A DNA stretch of 64,000 nt, taken from contig JAPLVC010000006.1 of NCBI GenBank assembly GCA_026397315.1, positions 117,108 to 181,107 of the forward strand, in the 5' to 3' direction. The stretch comes from Candidatus Aenigmatarchaeota archaeon. Lineage in GTDB: Archaea > Aenigmatarchaeota > Aenigmatarchaeia > QMZP01 > QMZT01. The notes beneath the pieces were generated by a model. The model did not search any database. It was given only the letters and a program-made list of their open reading frames with translations, and had not been told where the DNA came from. Made by a program: the position numbers and the translations under genes. Below are positions 18,108-27,823 of the stretch, one piece after another; the first letter of the stretch is position 1, and each line of letters opens with the position of its first letter.

Positions 18108-18800
18108 ATGATAAATGGAGAATACAGGTCACCAAACGCTGAACCATTCTTGTACAAAGCGGTAAGAACAGCCATTGGTCAGGAAATTTTTAACAGAGTA
18201 GCTAGTGGGGACTACAATCTTATACAAAATCTCGAAATGAACACCAGCGCAAGAATAACAAATCAAAATTTTCTCGAGTTCGATTTCTCTCTGAATCCAG
18301 GCAAATCTTTCGATGCGCTTGAAATTGTAGGCAAAACTCCTCAAAAAATAAGGAAACTTTATACAGAAGAATCAATACGCAGTGATAGAATCCTTGACAT
18401 TGAAGATGCGATAGAGGTACATCTTTCCACTAAAGGCATGAAATTCTACATGAATAAACTGAAAAATTTACAAAGAACCATATTCATCTCACCTGATGAA
18501 ATAGCAGGCCTTATTTCAAGCGGTAAAATAAATCTTAACGCCTTTCAAAATCCGGAACAGGCAGGAAAAGAACTGCGCATGATGACGATGATAGTTCCGG
18601 ATAAAATCCAATATCTTGACACTGAGGGAATTGTTTATCACACGCTTAAAAATCCTGAATGGATGAGAAACGCTAGCGAGTATTCAAGATGGTTCTTCAA
18701 CGCAATCGGTAGAAGAGTTGAAGAAGAAAGCCAGCAAAACCAGCCACTAAAGGATGCAGTGAACAGGCTAATGGAAGATTACGCTCCTCTTTTTACCTGA
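18108..18800 (+). CDS. AT-rich hypothetical protein
   Basis: 230-aa ORF with TTTATAAT upstream; no recognised motif. Confidence 0.65.
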   Translation: MINGEYRSPNAEPFLYKAVRTAIGQEIFNRVASGDYNLIQNLEMNTSARITNQNFLEFDFSLNPGKSFDALEIVGKTPQKIRKLYTEESIRSDRILDIEDAIEVHLSTKGMKFYMNKLKNLQRTIFISPDEIAGLISSGKINLNAFQNPEQAGKELRMMTMIVPDKIQYLDTEGIVYHTLKNPEWMRNASEYSRWFFNAIGRRVEEESQQNQPLKDAVNRLMEDYAPLFT

Positions 18801-18814
18801 TCATTCCGGAGTGC

Positions 18815-20065
18815 TCAAGTCCCCTCTTTCCAGCCGGTCAGGTAGCGCTTCTGCTCGGGCGTGAGCGAGTCGATTTTCACGTTCATCGATTCGAGTTTCA
18901 GCCTCGCGACGTTCATGTCTATGTCTTCAGGGACGGTATACACTTTCGCTGCGAGCTTGCCCTTGTTCTTCGTTATGTACTCCGCGGAAAGCGCCTGGTT
19001 GGCGAAGCTCATGTCCATCACTTCGCTCGGATGGCCTTCTGCTGCGGCGAGATTGACAAGCCTGCCTTCAGCGAGCAGGTAGATTTTGTTGCCGTTCTTC
19101 AGTGTGTGCTCGTCGACGTTGGGCCTTATGGTCTTCTTCGATTTCGTAAGCGCATCAAGGTCCTTCTTGTTTATCTCCGCGTCGAAGTGCCCCGAATTCG
19201 CGAGAATCGCGCCGGATTTCATTTTTGAGATGTGCTCCTTTCTCACGATGTCCTTGCAGCCGGTCGCCGTCACGAATATGTCGCCGATTTCCGCTGCGCT
19301 GATGAGCGGCATGACGTAGAAACCGTCCATCACCGCCTCTAGCGCTTTCAGCGGGTCGACTTCAGTCACAATCACGTTCGCTCCCATGCCTTTCGCGCGC
19401 ATCGCTATGCCGCGAGAGCACCAGCCGTAGCCCGAAACGACGAAATTCTTGCCGCATATCAGGACAGACGTCGCGCGCAGGATGCCGTCGATGGTCGACT
19501 GACCCGTGCCGTAGCGGTTATCGAAAAGATGCTTCGTGTAAGCGTCGTTTATGGCAATCACAGGATACTTCAGGACGCCGTCTTTTTCCATGGCGCGGAA
19601 ACGTATGACGCCCGTCGTCGTTTCCTCCGTGCCGGCCACTATGTTTTTGAGAAGCTCCGGCCTCTTGGTGATTATCCTGGTGACCAGGTCGCCGCCGTCG
19701 TCCATGGTTATGTTAGGCTTCGCGTCAAGGACCTGGTCGATGCACCAGTAGTATTCGTCATTCGTCACGCCTCGCCACGCGAATACGTTTATGCCGTCTG
19801 CCGCTAGCGCCGCCGAGACGTCGTCCTGCGTGCTCAAAGGATTGGAGCCGCATATGTAAACATTAGCTCCGCCCGCTTTCAGCGTCTTCATAAGGACTGC
19901 CGTTTCTTTCGTGACGTGCAGGCAGCACGCCAGCGTCAATCCCTTCAGCGGCTTCTCTTTCTCGAAGCGTTTCTTGATGTTCATGAGAACGGGCATGTGG
20001 TCTTCGGCCCACATTATCTTAAGCGCGCCTTCCTTGGCCAGATTCATATCCTTTACCTTGCTCAT
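18815..20065 (-). CDS. ahcY: Adenosylhomocysteinase
   Basis: [50 protein letters not shown]. Confidence 0.98.
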   Translation of the reverse strand: MSKVKDMNLAKEGALKIMWAEDHMPVLMNIKKRFEKEKPLKGLTLACCLHVTKETAVLMKTLKAGGANVYICGSNPLSTQDDVSAALAADGINVFAWRGVTNDEYYWCIDQVLDAKPNITMDDGGDLVTRIITKRPELLKNIVAGTEETTTGVIRFRAMEKDGVLKYPVIAINDAYTKHLFDNRYGTGQSTIDGILRATSVLICGKNFVVSGYGWCSRGIAMRAKGMGANVIVTEVDPLKALEAVMDGFYVMPLISAAEIGDIFVTATGCKDIVRKEHISKMKSGAILANSGHFDAEINKKDLDALTKSKKTIRPNVDEHTLKNGNKIYLLAEGRLVNLAAAEGHPSEVMDMSFANQALSAEYITKNKGKLAAKVYTVPEDIDMNVARLKLESMNVKIDSLTPEQKRYLTGWKEGT

Positions 20066-20165
20066 AAGTCCACCCCTCTGAAATTAAAGTGAGTATCAAG
20101 TTTTATTCTTTTTTGCTTCAGCTTGATGTCCTACATTTAAAGTCCATAATATAAAAAATAATACT

Positions 20166-21182
20166 ATGCCAGCACATGTGGAAGAGATGCTCGAGGCGAT
20201 GCAAAAGCCCGGCACGTATGACGAGCGAGTCGACGCGATCAGCATGGTGCAAACGCACATATCCTGGGTTTTTCTCACAGGTAGCTTCGCATACAAGATA
20301 AAGAAGCCGGTCAACTTCGGCTTCCTCGATTTCACGACGCTCGAGAAACGCAAGCGGTTCTGCGACATGGAGCTGGAAATAAACAGCATGTTCTCGCCTG
20401 AGATTTATCTCGGCGTCGTGCCGCTCAAAAAGTCCGGCAGCGGCCTTCGATTCTCAGGCACGGGCGAGACGATAGAATACGCCATAAAGATGCGCCAGCT
20501 TCCGCAGGAGGGCCTGATGAACAGGCTCCTCGACCGGAACGAGATAAAAACCGATGTCATAGACAAGATAGTTGCCAAGCTCGCGGATTTTTATTCCAAG
20601 ACCCATACATACACGAAAAAAGACGCCACCGGCTCGCTGGCGACGGTCGCGTTCAACTGGAAGGAAAATTTCGAGCAAACGCTCCCGTTCGTCGGCAAGA
20701 CGATAAACCAAGAAACTTTTGATTCTTTAAAGAAAAAAACCGAGACCTTCATGGCGGACAATGAGCGGCTTTTCGCGCGGAGGGTGAGGAACGGCAATGT
20801 TAAATGGTGTCACGGCGACCTGCATTCGGGCAATATTTTCGTCATCAATGGCGACGTATACATATTCGACGCCATCGAGTTCAACGAGCGCTTCGCGTGC
20901 TCCGACGTGGCCAGCGATATCGCCTTTCTCTGCATGGATCTCGATTTCCGCCACAGATCATACCTATCTGATTATTTTATCAAAAAATACATAGAGGAAA
21001 GCGGCGACAGCGAAATGCAGCGACTGCTTGATTTCTACAAGTGCTACCGCGCGTACGTCCGCGGGAAGGTCATCGGCTTCCGGATAAACGACCCTCACAT
21101 ACCTGAAAAAGAAAAGCAGGAAGCAGCCGGTACGGCGAGGTTGTACTTTCAGCTGGCCCTGCAATACGCGAAGAATTTTTAA
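20166..21182 (+). CDS. Aminoglycoside-phosphotransferase-like kinase (COG2187 type) without the AAA domain
   Basis: QTHISWVFL, YKIKKPVNFGFLDF, CHGDLH-GNI, FDAIEFN, YRAYVRGKV. Confidence 0.88.
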   Translation: MPAHVEEMLEAMQKPGTYDERVDAISMVQTHISWVFLTGSFAYKIKKPVNFGFLDFTTLEKRKRFCDMELEINSMFSPEIYLGVVPLKKSGSGLRFSGTGETIEYAIKMRQLPQEGLMNRLLDRNEIKTDVIDKIVAKLADFYSKTHTYTKKDATGSLATVAFNWKENFEQTLPFVGKTINQETFDSLKKKTETFMADNERLFARRVRNGNVKWCHGDLHSGNIFVINGDVYIFDAIEFNERFACSDVASDIAFLCMDLDFRHRSYLSDYFIKKYIEESGDSEMQRLLDFYKCYRAYVRGKVIGFRINDPHIPEKEKQEAAGTARLYFQLALQYAKNF

Positions 21183-21186
21183 ATCG

Positions 21187-21531
21187 TCACATTGCCCGTA
21201 TGAATTCGCATCCGGGATCGACTTCAATGAAATGATGTGCATTGCCTTCACGGAATTCGAGACACTGGTTTTCAGGCAGGTCATCAATCGTCTGTCTTGG
21301 CGAGTGCGCGACATCGCAGACCCAGTCGCTTATGCCCCATTCCGGATTGTTATCTGAAAGGCACGGGCTCCTGTCAGACATGTCGGAGCTTATCGTCGTG
21401 CATATGTAGATGCATTTTCCCTTTGCCGTTTCAAAAATCTGCTGCGTTCCCTGGCTTGTTTGCTGCGTGCAACCGGAAATGAGGATTAAACCTGCTAGCA
21501 GAAGCAACATCAATTTCATGGATTCTCTCAT
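21187..21531 (-). CDS. Small Cys-rich lipoprotein
   Basis: Lipobox LISGC; six further Cys (C-x3-C, PCLS, WVCDVAH-PR, NQC, GC). Confidence 0.8.
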   Translation of the reverse strand: MRESMKLMLLLLAGLILISGCTQQTSQGTQQIFETAKGKCIYICTTISSDMSDRSPCLSDNNPEWGISDWVCDVAHSPRQTIDDLPENQCLEFREGNAHHFIEVDPGCEFIRAM

Positions 21532-21641
21532 TGCATAATTAATTTTTGAAATTTATATTTATTCGGGCAACATATTATCATTTTTCATCTTCGATGCCGC
21601 TTCGCTAAAATGATATAAGCCGCCCTCATGAATTATCAATC

Positions 21642-22385
21642 ATGAAATTAAAATTTCATTCAAAAATTGAATTAAGCAAAAGAGATAAAGAAAAAGGTTT
21701 GATTCTGCCTAAAAAATCGTCCGAAGATCTTGCTTATTTATGTGGTGTTTTGGCTGGAGATGGAAATATTAACGTGAGAAAAGAAAGATATGATTTTGCC
21801 ATAAAGTGTGTGGGGAACCCGAAAGATGAGATTGAATTCTATGATTATGTCATCAAAGAAAAATTCCATAAAGTTTTTGGGGCTGAGATTAAACCAAAAC
21901 TGCACGATAAAGGAACTACCTATGGATTCAGTTTCTGGTCAACGTCATTGGTTAGATTTTTAAATGAAGAGATAGGTTTGCCTATTGGTAAGAAATATGA
22001 TAAGTTAAAAATCCCTTCTATTTTCAAGTCTGATAAAAAATTATCAGCGGCTTTTATAAGGGGTTTGGCTGATACTGATTTTTGTTTGACTTTCAAGAAG
22101 AATCGCAAAACAGTTCCTTATTATCCTGTCATAGTTGGAGTATCAAAAAGTGAGCTTTTTATGAAAGAAGTAATGAATCACCTGAAAGGTTTAGGTTTTT
22201 CTGTTTGTTTCGAGAATCGCAGAGAATTTGACAAAAGAGTAAACAAAAACGTTTTCACTTCAAAAATTTATCTCAATGGAGAAAAACAACTAGCATTATG
22301 GATGTCTGAAATTGGGTTTGAACATCCAAAAAATCTGAAAAAGTTCAATTCTCATATGAAATATAATAGCGGGGGATGGATTTGA
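21642..22385 (+). CDS. Free-standing two-motif LAGLIDADG homing endonuclease-family protein
   Basis: LAYLCGVLAGDG and AFIRGLADTDFC motifs; AT-rich; the stop codon lies inside the antisense of tRNA-iMet. Confidence 0.88.
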   Translation: MKLKFHSKIELSKRDKEKGLILPKKSSEDLAYLCGVLAGDGNINVRKERYDFAIKCVGNPKDEIEFYDYVIKEKFHKVFGAEIKPKLHDKGTTYGFSFWSTSLVRFLNEEIGLPIGKKYDKLKIPSIFKSDKKLSAAFIRGLADTDFCLTFKKNRKTVPYYPVIVGVSKSELFMKEVMNHLKGLGFSVCFENRREFDKRVNKNVFTSKIYLNGEKQLALWMSEIGFEHPKNLKKFNSHMKYNSGGWI

Positions 22386-22571
22386 ACCATCGACCTTTTC
22401 CCGAATCGTGATTTTCATCACGCTTCACTGGGTGTCCCACTGGAACTAGTTCCAGCGATCCTAGAGCCGCTATGGTACTGGAATCCATTGTTTTCACAAA
22501 GGATTGGCCCAGCGAGCACTCCAGGCGTTGAGAGCAACCGAATAATTCGATATGCTTTGCTCCACCCCGCT
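22367..22571 (-). tRNA. Initiator tRNA-Met(CAT) with four introns (14/15, 32/33, 37/38, 43/44)
   Basis: Exons 22571-22558, 22526-22507, 22475-22471, 22433-22428 and 22396-22367 join to AGCGGGGTGGAGCAGCCTGGAGTGCTCGCTGGGCCCATAACCCAGAGGTCGATGGTTCAAATCCATCCCCCGCTA (A1-T72 pair, three G-C pairs in the anticodon stem). Each intron has a BHB-like junction. Confidence 0.9.
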
Positions 22572-22596
22572 GTGTTATAATTTATGATAAGGAGTG

Positions 22597-22604
22597 TTTA
22601 TAAA
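22597..22604 (-). promoter_or_regulatory. TATA box for tRNA-iMet
   Basis: TTTATAAA about 26 nt upstream of the tRNA 5' end. Confidence 0.6.
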
Positions 22605-22631
22605 TAACTTTCACTGTCGCTGTAACAGGTT

Positions 22632-23171
22632 TCACTTTTTTCTAGTCGGCTTTTCCTTGTCCTCTTTTTTGTATTCCGCAGCCTTGTGTTTGTGGCTCGA
22701 AAACCTGTCGTAGAAAAGGCCTAGTATGTAGCCATACGCCACGAAGAATGCCGCGCTGATGGGTGCTAGCAGGATGAAGCGCGTCTGCACCATGAACAGG
22801 CCGCCTATGAAACCGGGGTATGCAAGTTCGCCCAGTATTATACCGGCAAGCAGCAGCAGGCAGAGGAAAATTCCCTTCTTTCTCGAGTTGCCGCCCATCA
22901 GGCTTTCATACATCAGGGCGAATATTACGGCCATTACTATGCCCACTATGATACCGCCGACTATCGAGCCTGGTATGGCGGACATCATGCCTATGTCGGC
23001 AAGCTGGTCCATGGTCATGGGTATGTTCGCGTTGGATGGTATCGCTGCCTTTATCATCTCTTTTATCTGTTCCCTGTAGAAAACGTATGAGAAAACGCTG
23101 GTTATGCCCTGCATCACACCGTAAATGATGCCTGAAACCAGCCCGGTTTTAAGCACCCTGGAAAAGTCCAT
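22632..23171 (-). CDS. Four-TM membrane protein
   Basis: Gly-rich hydrophobic helices and a basic tail. Confidence 0.8.
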   Translation of the reverse strand: MDFSRVLKTGLVSGIIYGVMQGITSVFSYVFYREQIKEMIKAAIPSNANIPMTMDQLADIGMMSAIPGSIVGGIIVGIVMAVIFALMYESLMGGNSRKKGIFLCLLLLAGIILGELAYPGFIGGLFMVQTRFILLAPISAAFFVAYGYILGLFYDRFSSHKHKAAEYKKEDKEKPTRKK

Positions 23172-23223
23172 GAATATACATGGTCTTGCGTGTTTTTATT
23201 GGTTCATACCCCATAAAATAAAT

Positions 23224-23400
23224 ATGAGCAAAAAAGGCATCATGCCGAAATGGACCCTGGCTATACTGGGCTTCCTGCTTTTGGTTATCGGGGCTTACAC
23301 AGCAATAACTTTCTTCGCGATACCAGCGTTCTTCTGGACAGGTCTGATTCTGGCAATAATAGGCATAGTGATGATATTCATCACTGCGGTTCTGCCTTGA
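23224..23400 (+). CDS. Small two-TM membrane protein
   Basis: MSKKGIMPKWTLAILG...; probable start ATG 23224. Confidence 0.65.
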   Translation: MSKKGIMPKWTLAILGFLLLVIGAYTAITFFAIPAFFWTGLILAIIGIVMIFITAVLP

Positions 23401-23416
23401 TGCGCCTGTTAAAAAA

Positions 23417-24166
23417 TTACTCTTCCACGCGCGGCGCCAGGATGAATGACAGGTGTATCTTGTCTATGTCCTTGAACACCATCTTCAGCGGGTAGTCGTT
23501 CGAGAATTCGAGAAGGACCTTGTCCGCGAACTTCGACGCCTTTATCATCTTCTTCAGGTACTCGATGGGGTAGCGGGATTTCAGCGCCTCCGGAATCTCG
23601 ATTTTATCGAGGCCATGATCGCCCCTCTTGAGTTCCATCTGGGAAGAATTCACGTCGCCCTTTGCCCATATCCTGAAGGCATGCGGCTCTCCTTCGAACA
23701 CGATAGAATCGTCCACGATGTCTGCGTCCGTTATGCCCTCTTCGAGCACGTTAGAGTCAAGCTCTAGCTTGGCCTTGAATTTGAGCTGGTCCAGCGGAGG
23801 CTTCTCTGCTGTGATGTTGAGCAGGGGAATTTCGAATTTCCTCGTGCCTTTGCCTTTCATGACGATCTCCAGCGTGTTGGAGTCGTCGTTCTTTGAAAGG
23901 GTGACCTTATCGCCGGACTTTATTCTCTTTATGACGGCTACGAGGTTCGCCAGGTTGAGGCCGAGCATGTTCTCGCCGGTCACCTTGAAATCCTCAAACG
24001 CCGTAGAAAGTAGCTGGAAATCGACAAGCGCTATCATGCTCCTGTCCGGGGAGACGAGAGAAAGGCCTTTCGCGTCGACCTTGAAAACGCCCTCGTCTAT
24101 GATCTCCGATATTATCGGTATGGAATTCTTAATCAGATCCGCATTACCCAAAGTTATCTTGAACAT
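23417..24166 (-). CDS. pcn: PCNA sliding clamp
   Basis: IIDEG-F, DRSMIALVDF-L---FEDF, YP-EYLKKM, DYPLK, FILAPRVEE. Confidence 0.97.
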   Translation of the reverse strand: MFKITLGNADLIKNSIPIISEIIDEGVFKVDAKGLSLVSPDRSMIALVDFQLLSTAFEDFKVTGENMLGLNLANLVAVIKRIKSGDKVTLSKNDDSNTLEIVMKGKGTRKFEIPLLNITAEKPPLDQLKFKAKLELDSNVLEEGITDADIVDDSIVFEGEPHAFRIWAKGDVNSSQMELKRGDHGLDKIEIPEALKSRYPIEYLKKMIKASKFADKVLLEFSNDYPLKMVFKDIDKIHLSFILAPRVEE

Positions 24167-24232
24167 CTAACGCACCTCCACTCAAAGACGGTTTCAATAT
24201 AAACTCTAAACTCAACTTGTCAGCCAAGTTTT

Positions 24233-24568
24233 TTATAGGCCTTTTTCCAGCTCCACGGCCTTTTTGTAGAGGCTGACATCGACATTGCCCATGTCCTGCA
24301 GGATCTCGCCCTCGATTTCGTAGCCTTCTTCCGCAGGCATGACCTTGCCGAATATCCTCACGGTCCTGCCGAGCTTCGCTTCCACGGGGTCCCTGAAGTT
24401 CACGCTTATCTTGCCCGTGCCGTCGTCGATGACGACAAGGCTGTCGCTATTGTGTATCACGGTGCCGAAAAGCCTGACGCGCATGTCTTCCTTGGTTATT
24501 TCAGATATTTTTTTTTCGTGTGCGGCGAGCCTTCTCGGCGCGGCAAAACCCTCAAGACCTTCTGGCAT
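24233..24568 (-). CDS. Small OB-fold protein, RPA small-subunit-like
   Basis: RVRLFGTV, IDDGTG-I, VRIFGKV, C-terminal helix; adjacent to PCNA. Confidence 0.75.
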   Translation of the reverse strand: MPEGLEGFAAPRRLAAHEKKISEITKEDMRVRLFGTVIHNSDSLVVIDDGTGKISVNFRDPVEAKLGRTVRIFGKVMPAEEGYEIEGEILQDMGNVDVSLYKKAVELEKGL

Positions 24569-24625
24569 TATTTCAATTTAAAAACAAAATTTATAAGCTT
24601 AACTTCACCTTCGGCGCGGGCAGCA

Positions 24626-25975
24626 TCAAACAGGTATCACGTCTTCTTTGGCCTTGCATTTTTTCAGGTCTTCATAATAGTTGAAGGTGTAAGTCAGCTT
24701 CTGTCCAAATACGCCAGGATCTATTTCCACGGCATAGCTGCCTTCTGGTGGTTTTCCCTGACCACAAAGGAAATTGCTCACGGTATATTCATCAAAATAC
24801 TCCCCGTAAACTTCTACGGTATTTTCGCAAAGCTTCTGTGAGCCGGGGCCACTGACTGTGATGTTTTCAACACCGAACCTGGAAAGGCCGTTATAGTATA
24901 TATCTATGGTTGTCTGGTTGCCGCATACGTTGGCGCCGTCGATGAAAAGGCGGTCATTGACATAAAACCTAAGCTCTGCCCTGCCAGGAGAACTCGACGG
25001 GTTAACAAAGCCTTTCATTTCTTCCAGTTTTTTCCAGCAGTTCTTGAAGTCGCGCTTTTCAAGGCAGTCTATTATCTTTACTTTTTTCATGATGAAAAAA
25101 TTCGGGTTAAGTATTTGACCCATTTCGTTGCCTATTTTGCCGCAGCTGTTTTCCACGTCACTGTTCAGGTTCTCGAATATCTCACCACCGATGTAGCCCT
25201 CGTTAAGGCTGAATATTATCTGGTTTATGTAAGCGCCTGTCACCACCCCCTGCGTCATGAAGCTGTTCAGTGAAGTCGCTAGGAATGCATCGCCGTTTTC
25301 GGCGTATGTTGATGCCAGCAGGCTCGAATTGGTCAGAAGCCCGGTAGCTTTGCCCGCGGGACTGCTTGCCTGCATAATAGCGCCGCCGAGCTTATAGAAC
25401 TCGCTTTCGTATGAGTCAAGCTCGCTCTCAAAGCTGGTCCCGAGATAAGAGCATACGCCCAGGTTAAAGGCAGACTCCTTGTCAAAGTTCTTTATCTGTT
25501 TGAAATCCGCGGATAGCTTTGCCTTCTGGTTTTCGATGCTTAGCGCGCTGTTCTCGAAGACGGGAGTTATCACGATTTTGCCGTCGTATTTGTCACTGCC
25601 TATGGAGTTGTTTGAAAACTTCCTGTAAAAATACAGGTTCAGGTTGCATTCAAGCGGATTGGCGCTCTGCAACTTTACCATAGGGTCGATAATGAAGTAA
25701 CATGTGTGAAGGTTCTCGTTGCGCGTGCAAACATCGTTGTATGTTTTTATTTCTGTCTTGCCGCATGAAAGCTCAAGGTCGGCTTCAATCTCGTTTGCCT
25801 CGCTTCTCACGGTGACGTAGAACTGGTTATTCACCATCTGGCATTCAGGCGCGGTGTTTATTATCTGGCACGCGAAACTGGTTCTGGAAACTTCTATAAT
25901 CTTGAAATCTTCCGCCATAGCGCTGGCGCTGAACAACAACACGAACATTGCCGCCATTAAGATTATCTTTTTCAT
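24626..25975 (-). CDS. Secreted Cys-containing hypothetical protein
   Basis: Sec signal MKKIILMAA...AMA; paired Cys; directly follows the 25977 gene. Confidence 0.75.
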   Translation of the reverse strand: MKKIILMAAMFVLLFSASAMAEDFKIIEVSRTSFACQIINTAPECQMVNNQFYVTVRSEANEIEADLELSCGKTEIKTYNDVCTRNENLHTCYFIIDPMVKLQSANPLECNLNLYFYRKFSNNSIGSDKYDGKIVITPVFENSALSIENQKAKLSADFKQIKNFDKESAFNLGVCSYLGTSFESELDSYESEFYKLGGAIMQASSPAGKATGLLTNSSLLASTYAENGDAFLATSLNSFMTQGVVTGAYINQIIFSLNEGYIGGEIFENLNSDVENSCGKIGNEMGQILNPNFFIMKKVKIIDCLEKRDFKNCWKKLEEMKGFVNPSSSPGRAELRFYVNDRLFIDGANVCGNQTTIDIYYNGLSRFGVENITVSGPGSQKLCENTVEVYGEYFDEYTVSNFLCGQGKPPEGSYAVEIDPGVFGQKLTYTFNYYEDLKKCKAKEDVIPV

Positions 25976-25976
25976 G

Positions 25977-27788
25977 TCATACACACGGAACTGTTACACT
26001 CTGCGCCTGCTCGCTCACTATATCCATGCCGCATTTCTGCATGGCGGCCTCCAGCTTGTATATATCTCCGGGGCTTAGCGACGTGAGCTGGCCTTCCACT
26101 ATTGGCACATACACATACAATTCTTTCTCGCTGCCGCCGGACATGTAGCTGCCGTCGGCGTATCCCGCAGCATTGCCGTTGCCCGTATCTGTTGCCGCGA
26201 TGAAAATATCAAAAACCTCTGACCTTAGGGATGCGTTCGAAAATCCAGTGAAGCCGTTCGCGCCGATGTTGTAAAGCATTATGCTTTCGCCGCTGCCCTG
26301 CTTGATGTAAGCAAGCACGAAATACTTTTTGGAAAATAAATCAATTGATCTGGGCTGGCCCGTGACAGTATAATCCTTGTATGCCCCTCCGCCCATAAGC
26401 TCCCCGGGTTTCATGGGCACGCCGTAGAAGTGAACAGTTATTTCACCGGTGTCCTTTCCCATCACGGCAGTGTAATCCCTGAGCTCGGAAGACTTTACCA
26501 GTTTTTTGTATTCCATGTAACCATCCTTTTGCACCGCCATTTCACCTATCATGCAGGGCACTTTTGAGCTGACAAAGCCCAAGCTGTTAGTTTCACCCAG
26601 AGTGCAACCGCCGAAAGTCACGAGTGCGCCGTTAATCCCGAGGCCGTCACTATCTTTTACCTGGACATGCGCTTCGCAGGCGCTTTCTGCAGTGCATCTC
26701 TCAAAATACGCGTCTTCGCCAGGTGACGAAAACCCGCAGCCCGGCTTGTTGTCGTTTATGTTGACCATAATGGCGAAAGTGAAAAGCTGGCCGAGCGGCT
26801 CATCCTTTATGGCAACTATTGCCGGATATCGCATTGAATATTTGACGTTCATGATCTCTATGCATTCCGACGAAAAATCCAGTATATGCCGCGGATAGAA
26901 TGCCGCCGGGCTGGGATTGACCGTGAGCTTTGAGACAAGGTTCCAGCCGTCCGGGTATACGAAGGCGACGTCCATAGGCACGTCAGAGATGCCCATTACG
27001 TAAAACGGGTTCCCGTTCAGGTTCATAACGTCCCTGTTGAATACCGTGTGGCTCGTGGTGTACTTTACAATTTCCTCCATGGAGCTGGTTATTTCGCTGT
27101 CTGTTTTGAAAAAAGCACCGGAACACCCGGTTTTCAGGTCCGCAGTGGGCAGCCACATATTATCTGGATTCGAATGAAGCAGCGTGTTTATTGTCGCTGA
27201 CTCGAGGAATTGCGAGGCATTGTTCTGGCTTACTATCTGCTGTGCGGTTGCTATTATGTTCTTGAGAGTGCTCTGCATGAAAATGCTGTATGGCTGGGGA
27301 ATGGCTGAATTCTCCACGGTCGTCGGCATGGCAACGTCAATCTTTATGCCGTTGCCTTGAAGGCTCACAGTAACGTCAATCTTTTTGACGTCAAAGCGCG
27401 CGGTCTTGCCGGCAAAATCCATCTCGGATTTGAAGGTTTCCTTGAGCTTTTTTTCAAGCCGTGTTTCGAGCGTTTTTTCCACGTTTGGAATCGCGATGTC
27501 GCCGCAGTCATACCACACACCCACGTCCCTCGTGCCGTATTTTACAGTATAACCGGTCGTGTTAAGGGCCCCGCCGGTTTTGTAAAGCTCGAGCAGTTCG
27601 TCTCTTGCGTATGCCCTGATGGCGTTAGTGACGGAGTCGCTTACGGTTTTCTTTTCCTGCTCGAGCCCGGTGACAGCGGGGTTGGCCTCCGGGACCACGG
27701 CAGAGCGCGAGGCGATGACCACCACGACCACACCAATCAAAACTAGCGCGATTATGACTATGAACTCGACCTGCGCCTTCATCTTCAT
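25977..27788 (-). CDS. Large protein with class III (type IV pilin-like) signal peptide
   Basis: MKMKA|QVEFIVIIALVLIG; carboxypeptidase-regulatory-like beta domain (GINGALV...GETNSLG...KDGY). Confidence 0.75.
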   Translation of the reverse strand: MKMKAQVEFIVIIALVLIGVVVVVIASRSAVVPEANPAVTGLEQEKKTVSDSVTNAIRAYARDELLELYKTGGALNTTGYTVKYGTRDVGVWYDCGDIAIPNVEKTLETRLEKKLKETFKSEMDFAGKTARFDVKKIDVTVSLQGNGIKIDVAMPTTVENSAIPQPYSIFMQSTLKNIIATAQQIVSQNNASQFLESATINTLLHSNPDNMWLPTADLKTGCSGAFFKTDSEITSSMEEIVKYTTSHTVFNRDVMNLNGNPFYVMGISDVPMDVAFVYPDGWNLVSKLTVNPSPAAFYPRHILDFSSECIEIMNVKYSMRYPAIVAIKDEPLGQLFTFAIMVNINDNKPGCGFSSPGEDAYFERCTAESACEAHVQVKDSDGLGINGALVTFGGCTLGETNSLGFVSSKVPCMIGEMAVQKDGYMEYKKLVKSSELRDYTAVMGKDTGEITVHFYGVPMKPGELMGGGAYKDYTVTGQPRSIDLFSKKYFVLAYIKQGSGESIMLYNIGANGFTGFSNASLRSEVFDIFIAATDTGNGNAAGYADGSYMSGGSEKELYVYVPIVEGQLTSLSPGDIYKLEAAMQKCGMDIVSEQAQSVTVPCV

Positions 27789-27823
27789 ATTTATATAAAT
27801 TTATTTATCAAGTAATTAATAAT

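Noticed and set aside
21642-22385. Intein or intron-encoded endonuclease
   Set aside because: No host gene, no intein terminal motifs, and the ORF lies outside and antisense to the tRNA introns.
22367-22571. Split or permuted tRNA, or tRNA pseudogene
   Set aside because: Exons are colinear and rebuild a complete initiator cloverleaf with BHB-like junctions and an upstream TATA box.
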